Below are positions 10,347-20,600 of a DNA stretch of 64,000 bases, piece after piece; within the stretch, counting starts at the first letter, position 1; the number at the start of each line of letters is the position of its first letter. A program made the translations under genes and the position numbers. The DNA is from Candidatus Omnitrophota bacterium (GTDB lineage Bacteria > Omnitrophota > Gorgyraeia > Zapsychrales > Aceulaceae). The stretch is taken from contig JAKQPK010000050.1 in the NCBI GenBank assembly GCA_029564765.1, positions 82,977-146,976 of the forward strand, read 5' to 3'. The notes under the pieces are model-generated. The model ran no database searches, had not been told where the DNA came from, and saw nothing but the letters and a program-made list of their open reading frames with translations.

Positions 10347-10517
10347 TTACTTCTTGAGCTTTGCGGCTTGGTCCTTGGAAAGGACTCTCCAGCACTCGTG
10401 GCCGCCCTTGGGCGATTTGGTGACGGCAAAGAAGCGTCCGCTTTTTTCTCTGACTTCATAATCTGAGGTGCTAAACTTACCCTTTGTCTTCACATCGTAA
10501 AATGACAGCTCTTCCAT
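10347..10517 (-). CDS. small hypothetical protein, 56 aa. Below the ORF-track length cut-off
   Basis: Hand-translated as MEELSFYDVKTKGKFSTSDYEVREKSGRFFAVTKSPKGGHECWRVLSKDQAAKLKK. An AGGAG SD lies 5 nt upstream. It has the same orientation as rsfS and sits 60 nt upstream of it. Confidence 0.4.
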   Translation of the reverse strand: MEELSFYDVKTKGKFSTSDYEVREKSGRFFAVTKSPKGGHECWRVLSKDQAAKLKK

Positions 10518-10653
10518 CTAAAACTCCTTTCGCTATGAACAAAAATATAAATGCGTTATTGAAATTAAGTCTATCGGATATTCTTCCCTTTGTCAAATCA
10601 AAATCTTCCAAAAATTTCCTAAAATCCATGAGAAATGAAATGTTGGATCCTCT

Positions 10654-10680
10654 TTACTTTTTAAAAGAGAGTAGTATGAT
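10654..10680 (+). promoter_or_regulatory. possible sigma70-like promoter for the Cys-rich protein gene
   Basis: A TTTACT box, a 15-nt spacer and a TATGAT box, about 40 nt upstream of the ATG at 10718. Confidence 0.3.
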
Positions 10681-10717
10681 AAAAATAAATTACTAACCTT
10701 TTTGATAAGAACACGCA

Positions 10718-11287
10718 ATGAAAAAATTAGGAATTATTTTATTGGTTTTAGGGGCTGCGGTGCTTGCTCAAGCCCAAGCTTTTGCTGAGACAGAAGAAGT
10801 AATTCTTGAGGACACAATCCTAAAACTAGAGCAGATTTATTCAGGGCAAATCGGGTATTACGGTGGGAGTGGATTTATCTACCCGACACCAGGGATGAGT
10901 TGCCCAAAAAATGTTTGCTGGCAAGGTCAAATGCTCTCTTCGTTAAACGATCCTGGTAGCTCCAATCAAGACCTTATCGACGTTTTAAGATTCACAAATC
11001 CGGAAAATTGCCCCAACGATTTATCTATTGATACCGAAGGTAACGGCGATGTTCGTTTCCGCTGCCGCAGACAAGGAGCAAACCCTGCTGATGTCTGGTG
11101 TTTTGCTTATCGATGTGAACAAACTTCTCCTGCAGGATGCAAACAATTATGGAGGCTACGTTTTAAGGTCAAGCTTTATCCTCCCTGGCCGCCCATCTCG
11201 TCTCTAGACTGTTTTGATATTCAAAACACAGGAGTTTGTGATGATGCACCGTCGACCATACAAATATGGATGAGCAGCTGCTACTAA
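10718..11287 (+). CDS. secreted cysteine-rich protein (signal peptide, 10 Cys)
   Basis: MKKLGIILLVLGAAVLAQAQA is a signal peptide, and the mature part is rich in Cys and Pro. No known domain. Confidence 0.6.
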   Translation: MKKLGIILLVLGAAVLAQAQAFAETEEVILEDTILKLEQIYSGQIGYYGGSGFIYPTPGMSCPKNVCWQGQMLSSLNDPGSSNQDLIDVLRFTNPENCPNDLSIDTEGNGDVRFRCRRQGANPADVWCFAYRCEQTSPAGCKQLWRLRFKVKLYPPWPPISSLDCFDIQNTGVCDDAPSTIQIWMSSCY

Positions 11288-11420
11288 TAAATTCTAATAT
11301 TCCTCCTAAACGACTAAACAACAAGCTTCATCGCCTTTTTCTTACCCTACCATTTGTTTCTAGCAAACTTAAACTCATCAGGTCTCTGAGATCAAAAAGA
11401 TTGCGCATCAAGGATGCTTG

Positions 11421-12728
11421 CTAGAGGAAAAACTTACGTATCCGGCCTTCCTGCTCTTGGGTCACGGGGCCGACTAACGCGAAGTTATATCTTTGGATCT
11501 GAAAAAAATCTCGGGCCACTTTTTGCACATCGGTAAGCGTGACCTGCTCGATTTTCTTGATCATTGCGCGAAATGTCTCGACCTTATCCGTCGCCACGAT
11601 CGACTCCCCGATCCAAAACATATGTTCTGCCGTATCTTCTAAGCCCAACAAGGTCTGGCCGATCACATAATCCTTGGCACGTGTCAATTCGCTTGACGAA
11701 ACTGCTGTCCGGCTGATCCTGGCAAGCTCCTTAAGAATAACGTCCACGGCTTCGACGACTTTTTCATTATGAACACCGCCACGGACCACAAAAGCCCCTG
11801 TATCCTTGAACAACTTCATCCCTGAAGATATCGAGTAAGCTAATCCTCTTTTTTCTCTTACTTCATTAAAAAGACGACTCGACATGTTGCCGCCTAAAAT
11901 AACATTCAAAACTCCTGCCGCGTAACGATCCGGATGCTGACGATGAAGCCCCAAGGACCCCAAGGCGATATGCATCTGCTCGATCGCTTTTGGGAAGATC
12001 TTTATTTTTGGTTTTTGCTGCTGATTCGTTGCCGGGGCGCATGCAATATCACGCTCTTGCGTAAGAGGGCTGAATTTTTTGCTTGTCAACCGCCGTAATT
12101 TTTCATGCGAAATATTTCCACAAGCGGATACCACGATATTTGAAGGCACATAAAAATAGCGATGAAACTGACGCAGATCATGATAGCTCATCTGGCCCAC
12201 AGATTCCAAATTCCCAGCGATGTTCTGCCCCAGAGGATGCTGCGTCCACAGCAACCCTTCCAAGAAATCCATGACCAAATGCTGCGGCAGATCATGATAC
12301 ATCTTGATCTCTTCTAAAATGACACCACGCTCTTTGTTGACATCTTTTTTGCTGATCACAGGCTGTAAGATCATGTCCGACAAGATGTCAAATGTTTTCT
12401 GGGCGTGCCGGGTTGGCACTTTCGCAAAATAACAGGTGCATTCTTCAGAGGTAAAAGCATTAAGAGACCCGCCAACGCCCTCGATCTCTTCTTTGATCGC
12501 GCGGCAAGAATAATTCTTTGTACCCTTAAAAACAATATGCTCTAAAAAATGAGCCGCGCCTTTGATCCTGGCCTCCTCATACCGACCGCCCACGCCAGCC
12601 CAAACGCCGATCGCCACACTATCCCGATCTTTCATCGTATGGCTGATAATACGCAATTTATTGTTCAGTTCTGATCGTTCATACATAGCGCGATAGACTC
12701 CTAACGAATTTTGCCACACAAGCGACAA
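11421..12728 (-). CDS. M16-family zinc peptidase (insulinase-like)
   Basis: Inverted HxxEH zinc motif (AAHFLEHIVFKG). 435 aa. Confidence 0.85.
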   Translation of the reverse strand: MSLVWQNSLGVYRAMYERSELNNKLRIISHTMKDRDSVAIGVWAGVGGRYEEARIKGAAHFLEHIVFKGTKNYSCRAIKEEIEGVGGSLNAFTSEECTCYFAKVPTRHAQKTFDILSDMILQPVISKKDVNKERGVILEEIKMYHDLPQHLVMDFLEGLLWTQHPLGQNIAGNLESVGQMSYHDLRQFHRYFYVPSNIVVSACGNISHEKLRRLTSKKFSPLTQERDIACAPATNQQQKPKIKIFPKAIEQMHIALGSLGLHRQHPDRYAAGVLNVILGGNMSSRLFNEVREKRGLAYSISSGMKLFKDTGAFVVRGGVHNEKVVEAVDVILKELARISRTAVSSSELTRAKDYVIGQTLLGLEDTAEHMFWIGESIVATDKVETFRAMIKKIEQVTLTDVQKVARDFFQIQRYNFALVGPVTQEQEGRIRKFFL

Positions 12729-13470
12729 GATTCTTTTTGTTTTTATTTTTTAGAATCTCTTTCACGATCGCGCTACCAACGATCACGCCGTCGGCGTACC
12801 GCGCGATTTCCCTTACTTGTGCCGGCGTGGAAATACCAAAACCGACACATATTGGCTTTGTGCTTTTGCGCTGAAACGCTTTTAACGCTGCCCTTAAAGC
12901 CTTAGGTAATGCAGTCCGTGCCCCGGTAACTCCCGCAACCGAAACGTAATAAATAAAACCTGTTGAACTTTTGTTAATCAAGGCAACGCGTGTGAAATCG
13001 GTTGTCGGTGCTAAAAAGAAAATGGTTGCTAAATTCACGCGGCGCGCTTGCGCGATCAGGGTCTTGGCTTCTTCCGGTGGTAAATCCGGAATAATGAGAC
13101 CATCCACACCCGCGCGAACAGCTTGCGCAACAAACTCCTTTTCCCCAAAATGAAAAACCGGATTATAGTAGGTCATCAGGCAAATCGGGAGTTCGGTCGT
13201 CGCGCGTAAACGCTTAACGAGCGCGAGGATCTTTTTTAAAGTCACACCCTGAGCTATCGCACGCTGCGACGCTGCCTGGATCGTCGGGCCATCGGCTAAA
13301 GGATCCGAGAACGGAACGCCCAGCTCCACGATATCCACGCCAGATCTTTCAAAAGCCAGGACCAATTTTTCTGTTGTTGTCAGGTCCGGATCACCGGCTG
13401 TGATAAAGGCAATGAAGGCCTTCTTTTTGTTTCTTTTAAGTTGAGAAAATTTTTGATCGATACGGTTCAT
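12679..13470 (-). CDS. trpA: tryptophan synthase alpha chain
   Basis: 263 aa with typical TrpA sequence (…GVDIVELGVPFSDPLADGP…). Confidence 0.9.
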   Translation of the reverse strand: MNRIDQKFSQLKRNKKKAFIAFITAGDPDLTTTEKLVLAFERSGVDIVELGVPFSDPLADGPTIQAASQRAIAQGVTLKKILALVKRLRATTELPICLMTYYNPVFHFGEKEFVAQAVRAGVDGLIIPDLPPEEAKTLIAQARRVNLATIFFLAPTTDFTRVALINKSSTGFIYYVSVAGVTGARTALPKALRAALKAFQRKSTKPICVGFGISTPAQVREIARYADGVIVGSAIVKEILKNKNKKNLVACVAKFVRSLSRYV

Positions 13471-13477
13471 AAATTTA

Positions 13478-13694
13478 ATTCAAAAGTCAAAATTCAAAAG
13501 TCAAAACGAAAAGATTTCAGAAGCTAAAATTCAAAAGTATGAAGATTTTTTGAGCTTAAAAACGCAACGAATGCAATGGGCTCAATGAACTAAAATTATA
13601 TCTCATTCTACGCTTTAATACACAATGTTTTGATTTTTGGTTTAATAAATCAACCTTCTGCTTTGAATTTTTATTTTTGAATCTTGACTTTAAA
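13478..13694. repeat. MITE-like intercistronic palindromic element, family 1, copy A
   Basis: The terminal inverted repeats are built from tandem units: the left end reads AAGTCAAAATTCAAAAGTCAAAA and the right end TTTTGAATCTTGACTT. The right end is identical to that of copy C. It fills the trpB-trpA gap. Confidence 0.55.
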
Positions 13695-14868
13695 TAATGT
13701 CCTTTATTGACTGCACATCCTTGTCCCCTCGCCCGGAAAGACACACGATCACGGTCGAATTCTTTTTAGCACGCTTAGCAAGTTTTTCCAAATAACCGAT
13801 CGCGTGCGAGGATTCCATCGCGGGGATAATCCCTTCGGTCTTGCACAAAAGCTTCATCCCGGCAATAGCTTCCTTGTCATCGACAGCAACATATTCCGCA
13901 CGCTTGATCTTTTTGTAATAAGAATGTTCTGGCCCAACGCCTGGATAATCCAGCCCCGCGGCGATCGAATGCGCCACCCGCACCTGGCCGTCACTATCTT
14001 GTAACAGATCGCTCTTGCTGCCATGAAGGACACCGGCTGTCCCACGATTCAACGGCGCGGAATGCTTGAGCGTATCAAGCCCTAGACCTGCCGCTTCCAC
14101 ACCGATCATCTTTACGTTCTTATCCGAGAAAAACGCGTGAAAAAGCCCCATCGAATTACTGCCGCCGCCAACGCACGCCAAAAGATAGTCCGGCAAACGT
14201 TTTTCTGCCTGCGCAAACTGCCTCTTGGCTTCTTGTCCGATCACAGATTGGAATTCACGCACCATCACGGGATAAGGATGTGGCCCAGCCACAGAACCGA
14301 TCACATAAAATGTGTTCGCCACATTCGTTACCCAATCACGGATCGCTTCGTTCATTGCGTCTTTTAAGGTCTTTGAACCGCTTGTGACAGGAACAACCCT
14401 GGCTCCTAAGAGTTTCATACGGTAAACATTCAACGATTGACGCTCAATATCTTCCGCGCCCATATAAATATCGCAGCGAAGCCCAAAAAGCGCTGCCACT
14501 GTCGCGGTCGCCACGCCATGCTGGCCGGCACCGGTCTCCGCGATGATCCGCGTCTTGCCCATACGCTTGGCGATCAGGATCTGACCTAAGGTATTGTTGA
14601 TCTTGTGGGATCCGGTATGCAAAAGATCTTCACGTTTAAGATAAACCTTGAGTGTCTTCAGTTGCGCGCTTAAGCGCTTGGCCAGATAAAGATTGGTCGG
14701 CCTGCCGGCGTATTCCTGCAAATAAAAGCGAAATTCTCGCTGGAATGCTGCGTCTTTGCGCAGGCGAACGAACACGCGCTCAAGATCCGCCAAAAGCGTC
14801 ATGAGCGTTTCTGGTACATAACGCCCGCCGAACTCATCAAAATGGCCAAATTTATCGGGTTTTGTCAT
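13690..14868 (-). CDS. trpB: tryptophan synthase beta chain
   Basis: 392 aa. PLP-Lys context (HTGSHKINN) and GGGSN motif. Confidence 0.9.
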   Translation of the reverse strand: MTKPDKFGHFDEFGGRYVPETLMTLLADLERVFVRLRKDAAFQREFRFYLQEYAGRPTNLYLAKRLSAQLKTLKVYLKREDLLHTGSHKINNTLGQILIAKRMGKTRIIAETGAGQHGVATATVAALFGLRCDIYMGAEDIERQSLNVYRMKLLGARVVPVTSGSKTLKDAMNEAIRDWVTNVANTFYVIGSVAGPHPYPVMVREFQSVIGQEAKRQFAQAEKRLPDYLLACVGGGSNSMGLFHAFFSDKNVKMIGVEAAGLGLDTLKHSAPLNRGTAGVLHGSKSDLLQDSDGQVRVAHSIAAGLDYPGVGPEHSYYKKIKRAEYVAVDDKEAIAGMKLLCKTEGIIPAMESSHAIGYLEKLAKRAKKNSTVIVCLSGRGDKDVQSIKDII

Positions 14869-14880
14869 ATATAGTTTAAA

Positions 14881-14954
14881 GGGTTAAAGGATTTGAGGAT
14901 TTGAGGATTAAAGGGCTCTCCCTTTTCCCCTATAATCCTTTACCCCTCTACCCC
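14881..14954. repeat. long imperfect hairpin built from tandem AAAGGATT/TGAGGATT units, family 2, minimal copy
   Basis: Left arm GGGTTAAAGGATTTGAGGATTTGAGGATTAAAGGG, loop CTCTC, and a right arm that is its reverse complement. It lies between the stop of ORF 14954..15745 and the trpB start. Confidence 0.5.
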
Positions 14955-15745
14955 TACTTTTTCTTATATTCCGTCATGATCATACTTGTGCCGCCGATCA
15001 TCGCAGGCTTGTCAATGCGCAACGGTAATCGATCTGGGCTGTCGTCGAACCAAAGCCGATATTGCGAAGGCACGGTTTCAAGAAAAAAGGTTTGAAAATC
15101 TTTACCAGCCACGGATAGTGGCATCTTTTTAGCGATCCTGACCGACACATCCTTTGTCGGTAGATTCATCCGCAAAGATGATCCTAAGCGAAAACTGCCT
15201 TTCAACCGATACCGATAAATAAAACAATAGATATTATCAATCTTATCTTCTTTGGTCAATACAAGAACCTGCGGTTGCGGCTTGGCCTTTGTTGTTTTCG
15301 TAATTGTCACCGTATGCTGATCCTGATCGTAAACTTCAACGATCTTTTCGATCGACCCAAAAATATTCAGATCTCTTTCGATGCGCAACGGAAAGAACTC
15401 CTCATGATCCGCGTAGATCTTTTCGGCGTCTAGAAAGTTCGATCCTTGAGCCTGAAAAAGGATCAGATAAGCTTCCCGCCCATCGATCGTAGTCCGGCCC
15501 TGCAATGTCATAGTCGCATCGGCCTGCTTAACGCCAAGGCCGCGCACATCATAGCGGATCGTTTCGCCGATAAAACGGCCATAGCCTGCGTCCTGGGCAA
15601 AGGCAAAACTTGGGCTAAAAAAAACCAAAAAGCAAGATATAAGGCACAAGCAGGCCAGAAAATACAACCTCCAAAGACCAAAGACTTCTCTTGGCTTGGT
15701 CATTGCTTGGTTGTTGCCTACTGTATCTTGATCATTCATTTCCAT
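14954..15745 (-). CDS. hypothetical membrane or secreted protein
   Basis: 263 aa with an N-terminal hydrophobic segment. No confident family assignment. Confidence 0.5.
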   Translation of the reverse strand: MEMNDQDTVGNNQAMTKPREVFGLWRLYFLACLCLISCFLVFFSPSFAFAQDAGYGRFIGETIRYDVRGLGVKQADATMTLQGRTTIDGREAYLILFQAQGSNFLDAEKIYADHEEFFPLRIERDLNIFGSIEKIVEVYDQDQHTVTITKTTKAKPQPQVLVLTKEDKIDNIYCFIYRYRLKGSFRLGSSLRMNLPTKDVSVRIAKKMPLSVAGKDFQTFFLETVPSQYRLWFDDSPDRLPLRIDKPAMIGGTSMIMTEYKKK

Positions 15746-16866
15746 TCTTTCACAAATCTCTCCAACACCTTTGCGCCCTTATACAGCTTCTCAACATGCG
15801 CGTATTCATCGGTCGCATGCGCGGTTTTGCGGCTGCCATAGCCTGTGGCGATCGCCGGGATCTTTTTCTTCTGGAAAAATGTGATCACAGTAGCGCCCTG
15901 ACTGCCCTTAAGCTCCACAGGACATTTGAGCGCGCGGCAGGCGTTGACATAGGTCGAAACCAGCGGATGCTGTTTATCGATCTCATAGGGGTATTGCAGG
16001 TCATCTATGATAATTTTAAAACGTTTCGCGTGTTTTCGTACCAAAGCCTTGATGGCGACCAAAAGTTTCTGCGGGTCCATACCCGGTAAAAATCTCAGGT
16101 CAAAGGAAAGCTCACAGAAATCCGCGACCATATTTACCTTGTCCCCGCCCTTGATCGTCCCAATGTTGATCGTTGGCGGACGTAAAAGCGCATGAGGGTG
16201 ATAAACAAATTTAAAGTTCTTTAATTCTTCAATAATGCCTGTGGCTGCTTCGATCGCGTTTACGCCGTACCACTTGTAAGCGCCGTGCGCTTTCTTGCCA
16301 AAAACTTGAACTCGGGCGTGCATCAAGCCTTTTTGGGCGATGATCGTTGAAAATTCATCAGAATCCAAGATCAAAGCGGCCTTCGGCTTCAGCATCCCTT
16401 TATTGAGCAACGGAACGATCCCCTGTTTGCTGCCAGTCTCCTCATCTACCGTCGCGGCCAAGACCACATCATGCGAAAGTCGAACACCGTCCTCGACTAA
16501 GCTGCGCATCGCCTCCATCGCGCAGGCGAGATTTCCTTTATCGTCCGTGGCCCCTCGACCATAAATACGGCCATTTTTAATTTGCCCGCCAAAAGGATTC
16601 ATGGACCATCCTGTACCTGCGGGAACGGTATCAATGTGCGGTGTCAACAAAAGCGCGTTCTTTGCTGACGCTTTAGATGTCCCTTTTAAAGTCGCGATAA
16701 TGTTGGGACGATCCTTCGCGAAGGTCACGACCTTGACTGCAAGGCCCAAGGAGCGCATATCACGCTCGATAAAACGTGCAAGTGCAAGTTCATTGCCCGG
16801 CGGATTCTCTGAATTAAACCGCAGAACTTTTTGGGTCAACTTAATAAGGCGAGATTTGTTGATCAT
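15736..16866 (-). CDS. M20-family metallopeptidase (ArgE/DapE-like deacylase)
   Basis: 376 aa. It has conserved metal-binding His and Asp residues and the GRGATDDKG motif typical of M20 peptidases. Confidence 0.8.
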   Translation of the reverse strand: MINKSRLIKLTQKVLRFNSENPPGNELALARFIERDMRSLGLAVKVVTFAKDRPNIIATLKGTSKASAKNALLLTPHIDTVPAGTGWSMNPFGGQIKNGRIYGRGATDDKGNLACAMEAMRSLVEDGVRLSHDVVLAATVDEETGSKQGIVPLLNKGMLKPKAALILDSDEFSTIIAQKGLMHARVQVFGKKAHGAYKWYGVNAIEAATGIIEELKNFKFVYHPHALLRPPTINIGTIKGGDKVNMVADFCELSFDLRFLPGMDPQKLLVAIKALVRKHAKRFKIIIDDLQYPYEIDKQHPLVSTYVNACRALKCPVELKGSQGATVITFFQKKKIPAIATGYGSRKTAHATDEYAHVEKLYKGAKVLERFVKEWK

Positions 16867-16867
16867 G

Positions 16868-17138
16868 ATAAGTCAAAATTCAAAAGTCAAAAGTTTAGGA
16901 TTGAACAACAAAAATCAAAACTCAAAAATTTAAGATTAAAATCAGAATGCAAAAACTAAAACAACGGTACCAGAATTCATGCTGATAGCTAAAAAATTTT
17001 TTATAGGATTTCTTGAATATACTTGCCTGATTCTTTTTATTTCAGGGTTCTTGATATGCTGTACTTTTAATTTTTGACTTTAAAAAATCAGCCCTGTGGT
17101 CTTTAATTTTGACCTTTGAATTTTGAATCTTGACTTAT
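16868..17138. repeat. MITE-like intercistronic palindromic element, family 1, copy C
   Basis: About 26-bp TIRs: ATAAGTCAAAATTCAAAAGTCAAAAGT on the left and the reverse complement of ATAAGTCAAGATTCAAAATTCAAAGG on the right. It exactly fills the gap between the stop codon of ORF 17139..17444 and the start codon of the M20 gene. Confidence 0.6.
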
Positions 17139-17444
17139 CTAGTCCTTAAATAAATCCTCAGCCCGCAAAGCGCCCGTGGCTTTCTTATAGTCATCATAAT
17201 CTAGAACGCACATGCCTGGATTTTGCTCAATGATCCTGATGATCTTTGGCATATTACCTATCAAGCTGCGAAAGGTGATATATTTAAACGGTGTTTTACA
17301 TTCCGGGCAGACGGTAGAATCAAGCTTTAAGCCCATAGCATTACACTTAGAGCAATTGGCGGTCAGATCGCCGCACAAAAGCGCGTGGCTTTTGACCTCT
17401 TCCACATAAAATTTTTTATAAATTCTAATCACTTTATCGTTCAT
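17139..17444 (-). CDS. small zinc-ribbon protein (two CxxC pairs)
   Basis: 101 aa with CSKC…CPEC. No known family. Confidence 0.5.
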   Translation of the reverse strand: MNDKVIRIYKKFYVEEVKSHALLCGDLTANCSKCNAMGLKLDSTVCPECKTPFKYITFRSLIGNMPKIIRIIEQNPGMCVLDYDDYKKATGALRAEDLFKD

Positions 17445-17476
17445 AGATGAAAAATTATAACATAAAATATATTAAG

Positions 17477-17612
17477 TTGTAAGCTGTAAGTTATAAGTTG
17501 TCCGTTGCCAGCAAAAAGGGCCCCGCAGAAATCCTGCGGGGCCCTTCTCACACCCCTATCATTGACATCTTACATCTGACACCTTACATCTTATGCCTTC
17601 TATATCTTACAA
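17477..17612. repeat. palindromic element built from tandem GTAAG/CTTAC units that flank a central terminator hairpin
   Basis: Left arm TTGTAAGCTGTAAGTTATAAGTTGT. Right arm CATCTTACATCTGACACCTTACATCTTA…CTTACAAC, which overlaps the stop of the giant gene. Confidence 0.45.
17511..17544 (-). terminator. rho-independent terminator of the giant gene
   Basis: On the minus strand an 11-bp GC-rich stem (GGGCCCCGCAG/CTGCGGGGCCC) with a 5-nt loop is followed by TTTTTGC. It lies about 65 nt after the stop at 17607. Confidence 0.7.
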
Positions 17613-20600
17613 CAAGCCCACCTGCGCGTACTCCTCGGCAGGCAAAGCAGGTTCTGCGGGCCGGCCGATAAGTTCTCGATTATCAGAGCCTCTCACCTTG
17701 TTGCTGGGCGTTCCCGCATCCAAGCCGGAGAGCAAAAACAAACTCGCCACAGGCGTGATACCCATGATCTCAAAGGTAAAGCCTTGAATATTCATCAGCT
17801 CTGGCGGCTGCTGCGATATCGGCAAAGGAATTCCGTTTCCGTCACGCTTGATCTGCAGATCCAGCGTCTTAGAATCCATGCTGATACCGCCGAGGTTGGA
17901 GGAAGATTTTCTTTGTTTTTCCAAAACAAAATTATAAATATCCCCAATATTAACCTCATCATACTCTTGTATCTCCATGGACTCCTTAGGAATGATCTGA
18001 GCATGGTTCGGAAGAAGCCGCGAATTAATATCCACGATCATGCGAGCGATCTCGACTGAAGTCATCTTTAAATCATCTCTTAGCTTTGTCGCCAACGTGA
18101 CATTATCTGTTTTTACAACAGAGAATTGTTTTATGATACTAATAACATTTTCAAGCATCTTATCGCTCGTGGTTATAGTTTTTAAAAGAAAATCTAAGCT
18201 TGTTATGCTTCGATGCTGATTCAATCCTGCGATCCGAAATTCTTTTCGTATTGAATTAGGGTGGCTCACACGAACTGTCATTAGGCCAGAGATGTTCTGA
18301 TAAAATAAAACATGGGCCTGCTCGTGATCATCCTGCTTACTATTATAGAACACCAAAAGAACACCATTGACATCCTTGTTGATGTTATCTTCATCTGTGA
18401 TCTGTGTTAACTCGTCTTTAAATGAATCGAGGTCGGCATACTCGTCAATGACGTTCTCATTCTTGTCTGGAACCAATTTTACCAACTCATACCCTTCTTC
18501 CCTCGCAAGGTCAACCATATGATCAATAACGGCAAAAAAGTCTTTCCTGGTCAAGCTCGACGACACAACTTCAAGCTTTTCTTTGATCTTAACTTCAACA
18601 TCTTCTTGCCGCTCCCCTCTGTTTCGAACCAAAAAGCCTTTGTCGCCTTCGCCTTGCTCTGTTTTTCTAACGGCTATCGAAACACCTTTTTCGGTATCAG
18701 TCAAGATAACGACATTCAGCTCTTTTCCCTCTTGCGCATCAAAGGTAAACAAAAGAGAATTGTCCATAGGAGAGTCCGTATCCACCAAATTTTGATGAAA
18801 GATATCCGAACCGTCAAGATCGTAATCCAACCCGTTCCACAAAAAAGACTCGACTTTTTCGCCCATTACATCCTCAACTGCCATGACAGCATCGAGAATG
18901 CTTGCCGTGGGCAAAGACTTGATGATCGTCGACTGAACTCCGTCAAAAGCGAAAGGACTTGTACTTTTCTCGCTCGACCCTGAAGACGTTGTGACTGCGT
19001 CCATAGCCTTAAGCACGGAAAGAGCCTGGGCCAAAAATTTCTGATCGGGAATATTGAGCTCGTCGCCTAAATCCATAGCCTGGTATGCGTCAACGACCAC
19101 AGAACCATTTTCAAGCTTAAATCTAAGGACATCGCCCCAAACGCGATCATTATAGTGAAATTGCAGGCTTATCTGACGCGTCTTAGGATTTCTAAACGTC
19201 ACACGCTGCGCGTCCATAGCGCTGAGGTTGCCCGACGATCCGCCATCAATATCAACATAATTAAAGCTGACTCTGTCAGCACTAATCTCTTTTTGCAAAG
19301 TATTGGCAAGCTCTTCAATTGAGAAATTCTCCGGAAGAACAGCCTTGACGCCCGATGAAGCACCGATAGGGGCTTTCTTGCTCAGGCTAGAGGAACTTGC
19401 TGTTTTCAAAAAGTTGTCCTCTGAGAGCTCAGAAAGAACAGCCGCCACCTGATCCTTAAGCCTGAGGTCTATGGTCTCGATTTTGACGACCTTTCCCTGC
19501 TGAACTAAAAAATGAATATTGCCCATATTTTTATTCAGTTCGCTAGAAATGGAAAAATCAACAGCTTCAGGATCACTGGTCCTGGAAGCAGCATAATCAA
19601 ATTGTCGAGCAACGGCATAATAGCCGATCTTAAAATCAAGCGTTCGCAGGCCAATCTTTTCGCCTAATTTCTCAAGGAATACGCGCAAATCATTACTGAT
19701 CTCTGTTAATTTAAAATCCTTGATGTTTCTTTTTCCTGTGCTCGATTCGCTTTTGACAATTTCTTCGTTATTCTCTATCTTCACCGTTGATGAGAAATTC
19801 TCCGATAAAAACCTCCCGAGATCCGGGACAATTGTTTGCTTAGCGAGCTCCAGAAGTTCAAGATCTTCATTCGGCGTTGCGCCATAAACAGGGGCTGACT
19901 TTGCCCTGATCTCAACACTGCCATCTGGCTGACGCTCAAAGCTTACGACCCAATAAGGTTTAAATCGTTCATATGTCTTCGTAAACTTTATTGTTATTAA
20001 CCCGTTAAAACCACCAAAATTACCCTCGCCTAGTCGTGGGCTGTATATAATCTCGTCTGTTCCCAGATAGTTCTCAATAGTATTAGAAAAATCTCTAAAT
20101 AAATCTTCGATAACGTCCGAAGCCTTCTGACTCATGGCGGTTGGTGTTTCATCAAGCGGCTCGCTCCTTGCCATTGACAAAAAATGTCCCGCAGGAAGAT
20201 TTTGGCGGATCCGGTCGATATCCTCTTGACCTGCGCCAAGAGTTGCAAATCCAGGCCGGACGCCAACAACTTCCCCTCTCTCAAGATCAATCACGACTCT
20301 ATTGGCTGTCCACAAGATTTCAATAGATTGCATGTCTGATTTCTCCTGAACCAAGCCATCTAAAGCATGAGCAACTTCTTCTCTGCTTTCACGGATCTGT
20401 TTGGTGGAGTAAAAATAATAAAAGCTTACCCCATCAAAAATATTTACTGCGCGCAACTCCCTGACACCCAGCTGATCAAGAAATTCAAGGAGCTGATGTC
20501 TGAATTCTCCTGGCATTAATTCGCTTAATTTAGCCGGCGCTGTCGCCTGCGGCGCATCAACAACCCCAGGCTCCTGACTCATGGACTTTAAGATATCTGT

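Noticed and set aside
10161-10696. Plus-strand ORFs 10161..10466 and 10484..10696
   Set aside because: They run antisense to rsfS and to the small 56-aa gene, and lack an RBS. The minus-strand small ORF explains the region better.
11288-11420. Terminator between the convergent Cys-rich gene and the M16 peptidase gene
   Set aside because: Only a weak 5-bp hairpin (GCATC…GATGC) with a short T-run. Not convincing enough to call.
13556-13744. ORF 13556..13744(-), 62 aa
   Set aside because: It lies inside repeat element A, has low-complexity K/N-rich translation and overlaps the trpB stop.
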